NCBI GenBank assembly: GCA_001771985.1
Contig: MERG01000418.1
Span: 1-52,679, forward strand
Source of the DNA: Betaproteobacteria bacterium RIFCSPLOWO2_12_FULL_62_13
GTDB lineage: Bacteria > Pseudomonadota > Gammaproteobacteria > Burkholderiales > SG8-41
Direction of reading: 5' to 3'
DNA: 52,679 bases
Positions 18,676-29,700 of this stretch are shown here, piece by piece. Under the pieces are notes generated by a model. The model was not told the DNA's origin, searched no databases, and worked only from the letters and a program-made list of their open reading frames with translations. The position numbers and the translations under genes were made by a program. Within the stretch, counting starts at the first letter, position 1, and every line of letters starts with the position of its first letter.

Positions 18676-21024
18676 ATGATTATCCTGCACGCCGCGACCC
18701 GCGGTGACAAGCTACTCGTTTGGGGTGAAGCACCCACCGGCGCCGCGCGTCCCAGGGCGGGACGCCGATCCCGCACAAAAGGGCCGGCTGCTCGGCGTTA
18801 CCCTTATGACGCGGGTGCCGTCATCCTTTGTTCCGCCCTACACACTGCCGTGCCGGGACTCAAGCCAGGCGCAAAACGCGCAGAGCAGGTGGTATTGTGG
18901 TTGCCCACGCGCGGCGATGTGCCCTTGGCATCCAGCGCACTGATCGCCGAGCCGTCCGACGCGAGGCTGCCGCAGCGACTTGCGCCGTGGCGCGTCACCG
19001 GACTGCAGCTTGAAATGGACCAGGTCATCGAGCTGCTCTGCGCGTGCATGAGAAAGCAGGCCCTCGCGCCGGGCGTGGTGGTTGGATGCGACCTCGGCTG
19101 CTGGGCCACTGCGTTGCGCTTTGCCGGATCTGTCATTGCACGCGAGCGTTATCTGCCGGGAGTAATGCAATCGCAAGGCGTCTACTACGCCCGCTGGGAA
19201 CCGGTTATCGAGGGTCCGGACGCGCGCCGGCTTGCGGCGCTCGTGCAGCAGATGCCCGCAGCTTCGAGGGCATTGTCTGACGACAACGGTTCTCCGCCGC
19301 AATTAGCGCCGTCAGCCATCGTGAACGCCGTCGTGGCCGGGATGGTCGACAGGCTTGTCCGCCGGGGCACCGGCGCCGAGGTCTCGGCTGGTCACGAAAA
19401 GAAGAAGACCGCGCACGCGACGGAGCGCTTCGCAAGCGTCCACGACCATTGGCTGCATGCGCTGCGCACCGCGGATGGCGCGATGGGAGGAGACCCCGCC
19501 GCACTCGCGCACTTCGCCGCGCAGGTGCGGGAATGGCAGCGGCCGATCACGCTGGCGACCACCTCGCCCCTGCGCCTGTGCTTTCGTTTGGAGGACCCCG
19601 ACGAACCTGAGCACGCCGAAAAAGACGCCGCCGATGGCGCTTCGGGCGGCGCTTGGCACGTGCGTTACCTGCTGCAGGCGGCAGACGATCCGAGCCTCCT
19701 CATTCAGGTCGCGGATGCGTGGCGCGGGCGGCGCGGCGCTGAAGCGCCATGGCGCCGATCTGCGCGAGTATCTCCTGTCCTCGCTCGGCCAGGCGGCGGC
19801 AATTTCTGATCGCATCGCGGGGAGCCTCAAGTCGAGCGAACCCTCGGGATATGAGCTCGACGCCGCAGGCGCACATGATTTCCTCACAAAAACGGCCATG
19901 GCGCTGGAAGCGGGCGGATTCGGCGTCATGTTGCCTGCCTGGTGGACGCGGAAAGGCACGAAGCTGCGGCTCACCGTGCACGCCAACGTCAAAAGCCCGA
20001 AACTATCCGGAAGCACGGGGCTCGCCCTCGATGAAATTGTGCACGTGGATTGGGAGGTCGCGCTGGGCGGCGAGCCCATCAGTCTGCGGGAGCTTGAGGC
20101 GCTTGCGCGATTGAAGGCCCCGTTGGTGAGGCTGCGCGGCCAGTGGGTGGAGATGAGCGCGCAGGAAATCCGCGCTGCGCTGGAATTCTGGCACGCCAAA
20201 GCTGACCGCGAGACAACGGTGCGGGGACTGGTGCGCCTGTCGCTCGGTGTCGAGGACTCGGTTGGGCAACTCGCGATTGGCGGCGTCACCGCCAGCGGCT
20301 GGGTCGGCGAATTGCTCGACAAGCTCGCGGGCGCGGACTCATATCAGGAACTGCCGCCGCCCGAAGGGCTCGCCGCCGAGTTGCGTCCCTATCAGGTGCG
20401 GGGCTACTCGTGGCTCGCGCAACTTCGGCAGTGGGAACTGGGGGCATGTCTTGCCGATGACATGGGACTGGGCAAGACCGTTCCGGAAAGCTCGCGCGGC
20501 TCACCGAAATGCTGGAAGAAGTCATCGCTGAGGACGAGCGGGCGCTGGTATTCAGTCAATTCGCCGAGATGGGCGAGATCCTGCGCCGCCACCTGCAGGA
20601 GACTTTCGGACGGGAAATCCTATTCCTGCATGGCGGCGTGACCCGGAAGCAGCGCGACAGAATGGTGGAACGCTTCCAGGACGGCGACGCCGCACCGCCG
20701 GTTTTCCTGCTGTCGCTCAAGGCCGGGGGCACCGGACTCAATCTTACCGGCGCAAACCATGTCTTCCATTTCGACCGCTGGTGGAATCCGGCGGTGGAAA
20801 ACCAGGCGACCGACCGGGCGTTTCGCATCGGGCAGACCAGGAACGTGCAGGTGCACAAGTTCATTTGCGCCGGTACTCTCGAAGACAAAATCGACGAGAT
20901 GATCGAGCGCAAGAAGCAGATCTCCGAGAAAGCGGTGGGTGCCGGCGAGGGCTGGCTCACCGAGCTCTCTACCCGCGAATTGAAGGAAATATTCGCGTTG
21001 CGCAAGGAAGCCGTCGCCGAATAG
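18676..21024 (+). pseudogene. SNF2-family helicase (DUF3670-type N-terminus), frameshifted and missing most of the ATPase N-lobe
   Basis: The gene is in three frames. Frame 1 runs 18676 to ~19730, frame 2 runs to ~20480 and ends at motif [10 protein letters not shown], and frame 1 runs from 20482 ([13 protein letters not shown] then the helicase-C motifs [15 protein letters not shown] and [11 protein letters not shown]). The DExH box and motif III are absent. Confidence 0.75.
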
Positions 21025-21041
21025 AGCGAAAGGAAAAACTG

Positions 21042-21941
21042 ATGGCGCGCCGCTGGTACCCGGAATTCTTTTATCAGCCTTCGCGGCCGCGGGCCGCGCG
21101 CGGCGGCATCAAGGCGCAGACGAAGCGCGGCGGCTTCGGGCAAAGCTGGTGGGCGAAGCGCTGGATCGGCGTGCTGGAGAATTTTGATATCGGCGCACGC
21201 TTGGGTCGCGGTCGTTCCTACGCGCGTTCCGGGCAGGTATTGGACCTCAGGGTGGCCGAGGGCCACGTGACCGCCAGGGTGCAAGGCTCGCGCCCGCAAC
21301 CCTATGGCGTCAGTATCAAGGTCAAAACCCTCACGAAGGGCCACTGGGAAAAGCTTGCCGGTGCCCTGGGCAACCAGGCCATTTTTGCCGCCAAGCTCCT
21401 CACCGGAGAAATGCCCGAAAACATCGAAGAGGCGTTCAAGACGGCCGGATTGTCGCTCTTTCCGGAGAAAAGCCGCGACCTTGAAACCGACTGCACGTGC
21501 CCCGATTGGTCCAACCCCTGCAAGCACATCGCCGCGGTCTACTACCTTCTCGGCGAGGAATTCGACCACGATCCGTTCCTGATTTTCAAGCTGCGTGGCA
21601 TGGACCGCAAGCGGTTCGTCGAACTGCTTGGTGCAGGAGGCGCTAAGCCGCCGAAGAAAACGCGCGTACCGGAAGCGCCATCGTCTGTGCCGTTATCCGC
21701 GGAACCCGAAGCGTTCTGGGGCCTTGCCGCCTCAACCGATTTCGACTTGGGCGAGGTGTCCATACCGCCCGTTTCCGCAACGCTCGTGAAGCGTCTCGGT
21801 AACTTCCCGCTGTGGCGCGCCGAAGAGGGCCTGCTGCAAGCGCTGCAACCTTTATACGCCGCCGCGGCGCCGGCGGGGCTGAAGGTGGTTTTGGGAGAAC
21901 CGCCGCAACGCGAAGCAGGTAGCCCGGATGGAATGAAATGA
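21042..21941 (+). CDS. SWIM zinc-finger protein (usual partner of the SNF2 helicase)
   Basis: CTCPDWSNPCKHIAAVYY is a CxC..CxH SWIM motif. ATG 21042 lies 18 nt after the helicase stop codon. The last codons run into the REP at 21919. Confidence 0.85.
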   Translation: MARRWYPEFFYQPSRPRAARGGIKAQTKRGGFGQSWWAKRWIGVLENFDIGARLGRGRSYARSGQVLDLRVAEGHVTARVQGSRPQPYGVSIKVKTLTKGHWEKLAGALGNQAIFAAKLLTGEMPENIEEAFKTAGLSLFPEKSRDLETDCTCPDWSNPCKHIAAVYYLLGEEFDHDPFLIFKLRGMDRKRFVELLGAGGAKPPKKTRVPEAPSSVPLSAEPEAFWGLAASTDFDLGEVSIPPVSATLVKRLGNFPLWRAEEGLLQALQPLYAAAAPAGLKVVLGEPPQREAGSPDGMK

Positions 21942-21989
21942 AATCCGGGGAACGTGATCCCGGAATTCGCTGCGCTTCTTCCGGGCTAC
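21919..21989. repeat. REP-like element, GTAGCCCGGAT...ATCCGGGG...CCGGGCTAC type (full copy)
   Basis: GTAGCCCGGA (21919-21928) pairs with TCCGGGCTAC (21980-21989). There is an inner hairpin CCCGGAT..ATCCGGG. The first 33 nt recur at 41854-41886 with 2 mismatches. Confidence 0.65.
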
Positions 21990-22117
21990 GCCTGCGTTAG
22001 CACGACGAACCGAGAACCCCCTCACAACCTACCCACGCAACACTTCCCTCTCGCTTCGGGCCACGCAGCGGCATTATCCGCCAAATGACGCGGTGACCGA
22101 TCAAGCCACCCGACGCA

Positions 22118-22654
22118 CTACCCTGCGGTCACGAAAAGCGTGGCGGTGTCCACGGCGAAGGACGTCGCTCCTCTACGCCCTTCGCGGCTGTAGATCTCGA
22201 TCTGCCGGGACTGCGGGTACACGATCCACGCCTCGACCGCGCCGGCGTTGACGTAAGCCATCGCCTTCTCGCGCAGCTTGGGCAGCGCGTTGCTTGCCGA
22301 CACGATTTCCACGCAAAGTTCCGGCGCGCTGGACAGAGGCATTTCCTCGGGATGCGCCGCGAGGTAGCTCTCGGAGCACCAGGCGACATCGGGTGCGCGT
22401 ACCCCGATGGACGTTGCGACACCCACCTCGGCCATCGTGTGCCCGCCGAGCGCTTTTCGCAGCGCCTCGGCAACGCGCATGGCGGCGATCCCATGGCTCT
22501 TGCCGACCGGGCTCATCAGTATCTCCCCCCACTCGGTGAGTTCGATCTTTCCGGCGACGTCCTCGAAAGTCGGGTCAGCGCACAAGGCTTGCCAGCGCCT
22601 GGCGAGCTGATCCGGCGCCAAGGGGGCTTCGATCGTTTCGGCAGTTACAGACAT
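22118..22654 (-). CDS. Uma2-family (DUF820) endonuclease
   Basis: PD-(D/E)xK-like core APDVAW...PELCVEIVSASN. I chose ATG 22654 (MSVTAETIE) over the longer tracked ORF. Confidence 0.75.
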   Translation of the reverse strand: MSVTAETIEAPLAPDQLARRWQALCADPTFEDVAGKIELTEWGEILMSPVGKSHGIAAMRVAEALRKALGGHTMAEVGVATSIGVRAPDVAWCSESYLAAHPEEMPLSSAPELCVEIVSASNALPKLREKAMAYVNAGAVEAWIVYPQSRQIEIYSREGRRGATSFAVDTATLFVTAG

Positions 22655-22731
22655 GGCTGGGCATTCCCGCTTCGCCGGGCCGCCGTCAGTCTCTCGACGC
22701 CGACGATCCTGCGGCACCCGGCGCTACCAGT

Positions 22732-22917
22732 TTACCACCATTGCCGGCAGCTCCAGGCAAGAGGGTCGGCTGCGTCACCCGCTCGGGCGGCGTGCAATCG
22801 CTCATGACGCGCCTTCCCGGCGCAGGCGAAGTCCTCCCGTTCGGGCTGCGCCACGGTCTTTTCATAGGCGGCGCGCAAGTCGCCGACCTCGGGGTCGCTG
22901 TATTCGAGGATCCGCAT
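22732..22917 (-). CDS. Small ORF of unknown function, possibly the stump of a deleted gene
   Basis: 61 codons starting 15 nt downstream of the SDR stop codon. Only the first ~30 residues (MRILEYSDPEVGDLRAAYEKTVAQPEREDF) look protein-like. The ribosome-binding site is weak. Confidence 0.25.
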   Translation of the reverse strand: MRILEYSDPEVGDLRAAYEKTVAQPEREDFACAGKARHERLHAARAGDAADPLAWSCRQWW

Positions 22918-22931
22918 GAAATCAGTCCGGA

Positions 22932-23699
22932 TTACTTCGCCGCCATGCGCATCGCGCCATCGAGGCGGATCACTTCCCCGTTGAGCATGGGATTTTCAAT
23001 GATGTGCCGCGCGAGCGCCGCATATTCTTCAGGCTTGCCCAGCCGCGGCGGAAACGGGATCTGCGCGCCGAGCGATGCCCGAACTTCGTCGCTGAAACCC
23101 GCCATCATGGGCGTTTCGAAAATCCCCGGCGCGATGGTCATCACGCGAATACCCAACCTTGCGAGCTCGCGCGCAATGGGCAACGTCATGCCGACGACGC
23201 CGGCTTTGGAGGCGCTGTAGGCGGCTTGGCCGATCTGGCCTTCGAAGGCTGCGATCGAGGCGGTGTTGATGATCACCCCGCGCTCGCCATCGGCGTTGGG
23301 CGCATTCGCCGCCATCGCCTGCGCGGCGAGACGGATCACGTTGAAGGTGCCGACGAGGTTGATCTGAAGCGTGCGGTTGAAGGATTCGAGATCGTGCGGG
23401 CCGTTGTTGCCGAGCACACGCTCGGCAGTGGCGATGCCGGCACAGTGGATCGCGCCGTGCAGCGCGCCGAATCTCATCAGCGCCGCGTCCACCGCGGTCT
23501 TGACCGGAGCCTCCAGCGTCACGTCTGCGGCAGCGAAAAAAACGCTCGCACCGAGATCGCCCGCCAGTTTGTTGCCCGCCTGCACGTTCACGTCGACGAC
23601 CACCACCTTGCCGCCGCGCTCAACCAGCAACCGAACGGTGGCGGCGCCAAGTCCGGAACCCCCGCCGCTCACAAGAAACGTGTTGTTCCTGATCTGCAT
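22932..23699 (-). CDS. SDR-family 3-hydroxyacyl-CoA dehydrogenase (HSD17B10 / type II-like)
   Basis: VSGGGSGLG cofactor motif, catalytic YSASKAG, and [13 protein letters not shown] near the C-terminus. 255 aa. Confidence 0.88.
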   Translation of the reverse strand: MQIRNNTFLVSGGGSGLGAATVRLLVERGGKVVVVDVNVQAGNKLAGDLGASVFFAAADVTLEAPVKTAVDAALMRFGALHGAIHCAGIATAERVLGNNGPHDLESFNRTLQINLVGTFNVIRLAAQAMAANAPNADGERGVIINTASIAAFEGQIGQAAYSASKAGVVGMTLPIARELARLGIRVMTIAPGIFETPMMAGFSDEVRASLGAQIPFPPRLGKPEEYAALARHIIENPMLNGEVIRLDGAMRMAAK

Positions 23700-23732
23700 G
23701 GAATGCCGCTCGGAAAATGAAAAAATTCGAGG

Positions 23733-24216
23733 TCAGTCATACTTGCGGGTGTCGTCGATGACCTTGCCGTCGTTGGGCAGGCTGCCGAGCGGTTTGAACG
23801 CGACTTCGCCGCGCAGATTGCACACGGCGCGGATCGACGCGGTGATCGCCTGCGCCAGCGACGTCACCAGCACCTCGCCCACCCACGCCATCGGCAGGTA
23901 CGACAGGATGTCATCCTCCGGCCCCAAATTGTCGAAGCCGCGGCCGATTGTCGCCGATGATGGCGAGGTTATGGCCGCGCCGAAACCCCAGGGCCGCAAG
24001 CCCGCACGCCAAGGCGCGCACCTCCTCGGCCGCCTGCGACCAGGTCCACGTCTGCCAGATGCCGTAATCCTTTTCCCGGATTGCGGGCCGCTCGCCGCGT
24101 TCGCGCGCGTGCTCCAGCAGCAGCTTGGGGAACGTATCCGGCGCAGGAACGCTCGCGTCAGGACCCTGCGACAGCTTGTTATCCGCAATCATGGGCCGGC
24201 GTCTGCCTTGTTCCAT
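23733..24216 (-). pseudogene. Remnant of an AMP-dependent acyl-CoA synthetase/ligase
   Basis: About 100 N-terminal residues (LLEHARERGERPAIREKDYGIWQTWTWSQAAEEVRALACGLAALGFRRGHNLAIIGDNRP) shift frame into short internal and C-terminal scraps (LSYLPMAWVGE ... LPNDGKVIDDTRKYD). About 160 codons remain from an enzyme family that normally exceeds 500 aa. Confidence 0.6.
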
Positions 24217-24238
24217 CTCGTGATGGCCGTCGATTCCA

Positions 24239-24559
24239 CTACAGCCCGACGACCTGGTTGGCGATGTCTATGGTGATCTTGATCTTGCCGATTGCCCTGC
24301 CGGTGCAGCGCACGAACTTGTTTGCCCACGCGGTATTGGCGGCGAAAGCCTGAGCCCCGTAGGCCATCGCGATGCGCACAACCTTGTCGGCCAGCGCTGC
24401 CGTGCCGACCCGGCGCGCCGCTTCGCAGCCGGTATTGACATATTCCTCGTCGATCCAATGCCGGGCCTGTTCCCAGGTCATGTCCGCCGTGTCGGCATCG
24501 ACCAATTCGAACAGGTATGCCTGGTCACGGCCGAAGCTCACGGTTATGTGATGCTCCAT
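24239..24559 (-). CDS. Hypothetical protein (106 aa)
   Basis: Clean ORF downstream of prpC with ordinary amino-acid composition. I recognise no family. Confidence 0.5.
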   Translation of the reverse strand: MEHHITVSFGRDQAYLFELVDADTADMTWEQARHWIDEEYVNTGCEAARRVGTAALADKVVRIAMAYGAQAFAANTAWANKFVRCTGRAIGKIKITIDIANQVVGL

Positions 24560-24648
24560 ATCATCGTTTCCCTTCGGTGGCGATCACGCCAGATGCCAGA
24601 TGCCGGACGTCAGGCGACTCTGTCGTCTGACGGCTGACGTGGTGCGGT

Positions 24649-25806
24649 TCAATTGCGCTCGCTCATCGACACAAACTTTCTTGGCTCCGGCCCGGTGTAG
24701 ACCGCAGTGGGGCGGATGATCTTGTTGTCGATCCTCTGCTCGATCACATGCGCGGCCCAGCCCGCAGTGCGGGAGATGACGAAGATCGGCGTGAACATCG
24801 CGGTCGGGACGCCCATCCGGTGGTAGGACACCGCGGAGAACCAGTCGAGATTGGCGAACATCTTTTTCTCGCGCATCATGACGGCCTCGATGCGATCGGC
24901 CACCTCGAACATCTTCATGTCGGCCGCGTCCTTCGAGAGCGTGCGCGCGACTTCCTTGATGATCTTGTTGCGCGGGTCGGCGATGGTGTAGACCGGGTGG
25001 CCGAAGCCGATCACCACCTCCTTGTTGCGCAGGCGCGTGACGATGTCGTTTTCCGCTTCGTCGGGCGTCTCGTAGCGGTTCATCACTTCAAAGCCCACTT
25101 CGTTCGCGCCGCCGTGCTTGGGGCCTCTCAAGGCCCCGATCGCGCCGGTGATCGCCGAATACATGTCCGAGCCGGTGCCGGCCACCACCCGCGCCGCAAA
25201 GGTCGAGGCGTTGAATTCGTGCTCGGCGTAGAGGTTGAGGGAAGTGTGCATCGCGCGCACCCACAGCGCTTTCGCCGGGCGCCCGTGCAGCAGATGCAGG
25301 AAATGCCCGGCGATCGAATCATCCTCAGTCTCAACCTCGATGCGCCGCCCATTGTGGCTGTAGTGATACCAGTAGAGGAGGATCGAGCCGAACGATGCCA
25401 TGAGCCGATCGGCGATGTCGCGCGCGCCGGCCAAATGGTGGTCGTCTTTTTCGGGCACTGCGGTGCCGAGCGCCGAGCAGCCGGTGCGCATAACGTCCAT
25501 CGGATGGGCGCCTGCCGGAATCTGTTCCAGCACGTTGCGCACGATCGCAGGCAGCCCACGCAGCGACTGCAGCTTCGCCTTGTAGTTGCGAAGCTCCGCG
25601 CTACTGGGGAGCTTCCCGTGCACCAGCAGATAGGCGATCTCCTCGAACTCGCACTGCTCGGCGATGTCGAGGATGTCATAGCCCCGGTAGTGCAGGTCGT
25701 TGCCGCTGCGGCCCACCGTGCACAGCGCGGTGCTGCCCGCCGCCACACCGGACAATGCGACCGACTTCTTGGGCTTCGAAACAGCGGATGCTTCATGCGT
25801 GTCCAT
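24649..25806 (-). CDS. prpC: 2-methylcitrate synthase / citrate synthase (PrpC-type)
   Basis: [39 protein letters not shown] and GFGHPVYT citrate-synthase motifs. 385 aa. No prpB or prpD is adjacent. Confidence 0.88.
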   Translation of the reverse strand: MDTHEASAVSKPKKSVALSGVAAGSTALCTVGRSGNDLHYRGYDILDIAEQCEFEEIAYLLVHGKLPSSAELRNYKAKLQSLRGLPAIVRNVLEQIPAGAHPMDVMRTGCSALGTAVPEKDDHHLAGARDIADRLMASFGSILLYWYHYSHNGRRIEVETEDDSIAGHFLHLLHGRPAKALWVRAMHTSLNLYAEHEFNASTFAARVVAGTGSDMYSAITGAIGALRGPKHGGANEVGFEVMNRYETPDEAENDIVTRLRNKEVVIGFGHPVYTIADPRNKIIKEVARTLSKDAADMKMFEVADRIEAVMMREKKMFANLDWFSAVSYHRMGVPTAMFTPIFVISRTAGWAAHVIEQRIDNKIIRPTAVYTGPEPRKFVSMSERN

Positions 25807-25940
25807 GGTGTCTCCTTCGCGTCTGCCAAGGGGCGTTCTTGCCCGTTTGGGTAGTGCCAGCGTATGCGATACATTGAAGCGATGCTGTCATCTGGAGGAC
25901 AATTACTACTGAGCGTCGCGAAAATACCCGACGCCGCTCG

Positions 25941-25980
25941 GCCCTCACCCCCGCCCCTCTCCCACAGGGCGAGGGGAGAT
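25941..25980. repeat. C-run/G-run REP-like hairpin
   Basis: GCCCCTCTCCCACAGGGCGAGGGGAG. The stems CCCCTC/GAGGGG and TCCC/GGG belong to the same class as 12624-12657. Confidence 0.45.
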
Positions 25981-26030
25981 TTGTGGTGCGCGCGGGTTGT
26001 CGCCCACTTGCACTAGCCTCAATTGGCCCC

Positions 26031-26705
26031 ATGCGCTCATTAGATGAAATGCTCGCCTTGAGTCCGTGGATACGGGACCTCGAGCCCGGGCAGATGGCGC
26101 GCGTCCGCGCCGCGACCGTCACACGGGAATTTGAAGCCGGCAGCTACGTGTGCCGAAAAGACCAACGCTGCGACGCCTGGATCGGCGTCATTGATGGACT
26201 GGTCAAGCTGAGCTGTATCGCCCGCTCCGGCAAGTCGGTGACTTTGGCCGGCATCACCGCTGGGAGCTGGTTCGGGGAAGGATCGGTGCTCAAGCGAGAA
26301 CGGCGGAAGTACGATGTCGTCGCCCTGCGCGGTTCGCGCATCGCGTTCATGCCGGAGGCTACGTTTCGCTGGCTGCTCGACACCAGCCTTTCTTTCAACC
26401 GCTTTCTGATCCTGCAACTGAACGAGCGCCTTGGCCAGTTCATCGGCATGGTCGAGCACGACCGGCTGCTCGAACCCGACGCCCGTGTCGCTCGCGCGCT
26501 CGCGGCGCTGTTCAACCCCGTCCTGTATCCCGGATCCGAACCCCGGATCCAGATCTCGCAAGAAGAGCTTGGCTACCTGGCCGGCACCTCGCGGCAACGG
26601 GTCAACCAGGCCCTGCACGTGCTCAAAAAGGCCGGCCTCGTCAAAGTCGACTACAGCCTGATCACCGTCCTCGATCTCGACGGCCTGCGCTCCTTCGACC
26701 CGTGA
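26031..26705 (+). CDS. Crp/Fnr-family transcriptional regulator
   Basis: cNMP-binding-like fold (GSWFGEGSVL..R.YDVVAL) and a C-terminal HTH ISQEELGYLAGTSRQRVNQALHVLKKAGLV. I preferred ATG 26031 to GTG 25983 because the GTG lies inside the REP. Confidence 0.85.
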   Translation: MRSLDEMLALSPWIRDLEPGQMARVRAATVTREFEAGSYVCRKDQRCDAWIGVIDGLVKLSCIARSGKSVTLAGITAGSWFGEGSVLKRERRKYDVVALRGSRIAFMPEATFRWLLDTSLSFNRFLILQLNERLGQFIGMVEHDRLLEPDARVARALAALFNPVLYPGSEPRIQISQEELGYLAGTSRQRVNQALHVLKKAGLVKVDYSLITVLDLDGLRSFDP

Positions 26706-26723
26706 GGGGCTGACCGGCCGCCG

Positions 26724-29700
26724 CTACATGTTGCGGCGGTACTGGCCGCCCACTTCGAACAACGCCTGCGTGATCTGACCGAGCGAGGCAACGCGCACCG
26801 TGTTCATCAGTTCCGCAAACACGTTGCCCCCGGCAAGCGCGACCTGCTGCAGGCTCTGGAGCGCCGCTGGCGCCGCCTGCTTGTGGCACGCCTGGAATTC
26901 CCCCAGGCGCCTGATCTGGACTTGTTTTTCTTCCTCGGTCGAGCGGGCGAGCTGGATCGTATCGCTCGCCGCCACCGGGTCCGGATTAAGGAAGGTGTTC
27001 ACACCGACGATCGGCAGCCGCCCGTCGTGCTTGAGGGTTTCGTAGTAGAGCGATTCTTCCTGGATCCTGCCGCGCTGGTAGCCGGTCTCCATTGCGCCCA
27101 GCACGCCGCCGCGCTCGGCAATGCGCTCGAACTCCTTGAGCACCGCCTCTTCGACCAGCGCTGTAAGCTCCTCGATGATGAACGAGCCCTGGTTCGGGTT
27201 TTCGTTCCTGGCAAGGCCCCACTCGCGGTTGATGATGAGCTGGATCGCCATGGCGCGCCTGACCGACTCTTCGGTAGGCGTGGTGATCGCCTCGTCGTAG
27301 GCATTGGTGTGCTGGCTGTTGCAGTTGTCGTAGGCGCCGGTCAGCGCCTGCAGCGTGGTGCGGATATCGTTGAAGTCCATTTCCTGCGCGTGAAGCGAAC
27401 GGCCCGAGGTCTGCGTGTGATACTTGAGCTTTTGCGAGCGCTCGTTGGCTCCGTGGTAGTCGCGCATCGCGATCGCCCAGATCCGACGCGCCACGCGTCC
27501 CAGCACCGAGTATTCGGCGTCCATCCCGTTACTGAAGAAGAACGAAAGGTTGGGTGCGAAGTCGTCGATGTGCATGCCGCGCGCGAGGTACGACTCGACG
27601 TAGGTGAAACCGTTGGCGAGCGTGAAAGCAAGCTGCGAAATCGGGTTCGCCCCGGCTTCCGCGATGTGGTAGCCGGATATCGACGCCGAGTAGAAGTTCC
27701 TGACCTCGTTGTGAACGAAGAACTCCTGGATATCGCCCATCATCTTCAACGCGAACTCGGTCGAGAAGATGCAGGTATTCTGGCCCTGGTCCTCCTTCAG
27801 GATGTCGGCCTGCACCGTGCCGCGCACCGTGGCGAGCGTCCATTCCCGGATTTTCTGCGCCTCGTCCTCGGTCGCTTCGCGCCCGTTATCGCGGCGGAAC
27901 GTGTCGATCTGCTGGTCGATTGCGGTATTGAGGAACATCGCCAGGATGGTCGGCGCCGGGCCGTTGATCGTCATCGACACCGAGGTCATCGGATGGCACA
28001 GGTCGAAGCCCTCGTAGAGCGCCTTCATGTCCTCGAGCGTGGCGATCGAGACGCCGGAGTTGCCGATCTTGCCGTAGATGTCAGGCCGCTCGTCCGGATC
28101 GCAGCCGTAGAGCGTGACCGAATCGAACGCGGTGGAGAGCCGCTTCGCCTCGGAATCGCGCGACAGATACTTGAAGCGGCGATTGGTGCGGAACGGATCA
28201 CCCTCGCCCGCGAACATCCGCGTGGGATCTTCGCTCTCGCGTTTGAAGGCGAACACGCCGGCGGTGAACGGGAATGACCCGGGCACGTTTTCCAGCAGAA
28301 GCCACTTCACGATTTCGCCCTCGTCTTCGTAGCGCGGCAGCGCGACTTTGGGAATCCTGGTTCCCGACAGCGTGGCGTGGCCTAGCCGCGTGCGGATCTC
28401 ACGGCCGCGGATTTTCACAACGTACTCGTCGCCGGCGTAGGTCGCGCGCGTACGCGGCCACAGCTCGAGCAGTTTCCTGGAGCGTGCGTCGAGCGCGGCA
28501 TCGCGCGCGGCAATGAGTGCGTCGAGCTCTGCCGCAATCTTGTCAGTCCCGTGTATAGGGGAATCCAACGGGTCCTCCGCATTGCCGGATCCCCGCCTGC
28601 GCGGGGATGACGGCGCTTCGAGCAACATGTTCTTCGCTGCCGTCAGTTGCTGGCGCTCGCGCGCAATCCGCGCCTGGTGGCCGGCCTTCGCATGATAGGT
28701 GCGCACCGTTTCGGCGATCTCGGCAAGATAGCGCGTGCGCGCCGGCGGCACGATTTGTGTAGTCGCGCTCGAGCACCTGACCGCAACCGGAGCAAGCGCG
28801 CCCGGCGTGAGCTTGAGGCCGCGCGCAGCGAGCGTGACGCCGATTGCCTGGTAGAGCGCGGTGACGCCGTCGTCATTGAAGCGCGCTGCGATGGTGCCGA
28901 ACACCGGCATGTCTTCGGGCGGCTCGCGGAATGCCTTGCGGTTGCGCTGTACCTGCTTGCGCACGTCGCGAAGCGCGTCCTGCGCGCCTTTGCGATCGAA
29001 CTTGTTGATCGCCACAAACTGCGCGAAATCGAGCATGTCGATCTTTTCGAGCTGGCTTGCGGCGCCATACTCGGGCGTCATGACATAGAGCGCCACATCG
29101 ACCAGCGGCATGATCGCGGCATCGCCCTGGCCAATCCCCGGAGTCTCGATCATGACCAGATCAAAGCCCGCGATCTTGCACGCGGCGATCACCTCCGGCA
29201 GGCACGGCGACATCCCGCCGCCGCCGGCGCGGGTCGCGAGTGAGCGCATGTAGATCGAGGGGCTGGCGATTGCGTTCATGCGGATGCGGTCGCCGAGCAG
29301 CGCGCCGCCACTCTTGCGCCGTGACGGGTCGACAGCAATCAGCGCAATCCGGAGGCTGTCGTGCTGGTCGAACCGGAAGCGGCGCACCAGCTCATCGGTG
29401 AGCGAGGACTTGCCGGAACCGCCGGTGCCGGTGATGCCGAGCACCGGCACGTTCGTGATGCGGGCTGCGCGCGCGAGCAGCTCCTGGCGCAGACCCTTTT
29501 CGCACTGCGCGTTCTCGAGCGTGGTAATGAACGCCGCAAGCTGGCGGCGCTCCCCGCTTGCGATGCCGTCGAGGCTCACCGGCACGTGCCGGGCGGGATC
29601 GAAGTCGCACACTGCAAGCATGTCGTCGATCATGCCTTGCAGCCCCATGCGCGCGCCGTCTTCCGGTGAATAGAGGCGCGCAATGCCGTAGGCGTGAAGC

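Noticed and set aside
20781-21041. An upstream extension of the SWIM ORF
   Set aside because: It overlaps the helicase C-terminal domain in another frame. ATG 21042, just after the helicase stop codon, is the sensible start.
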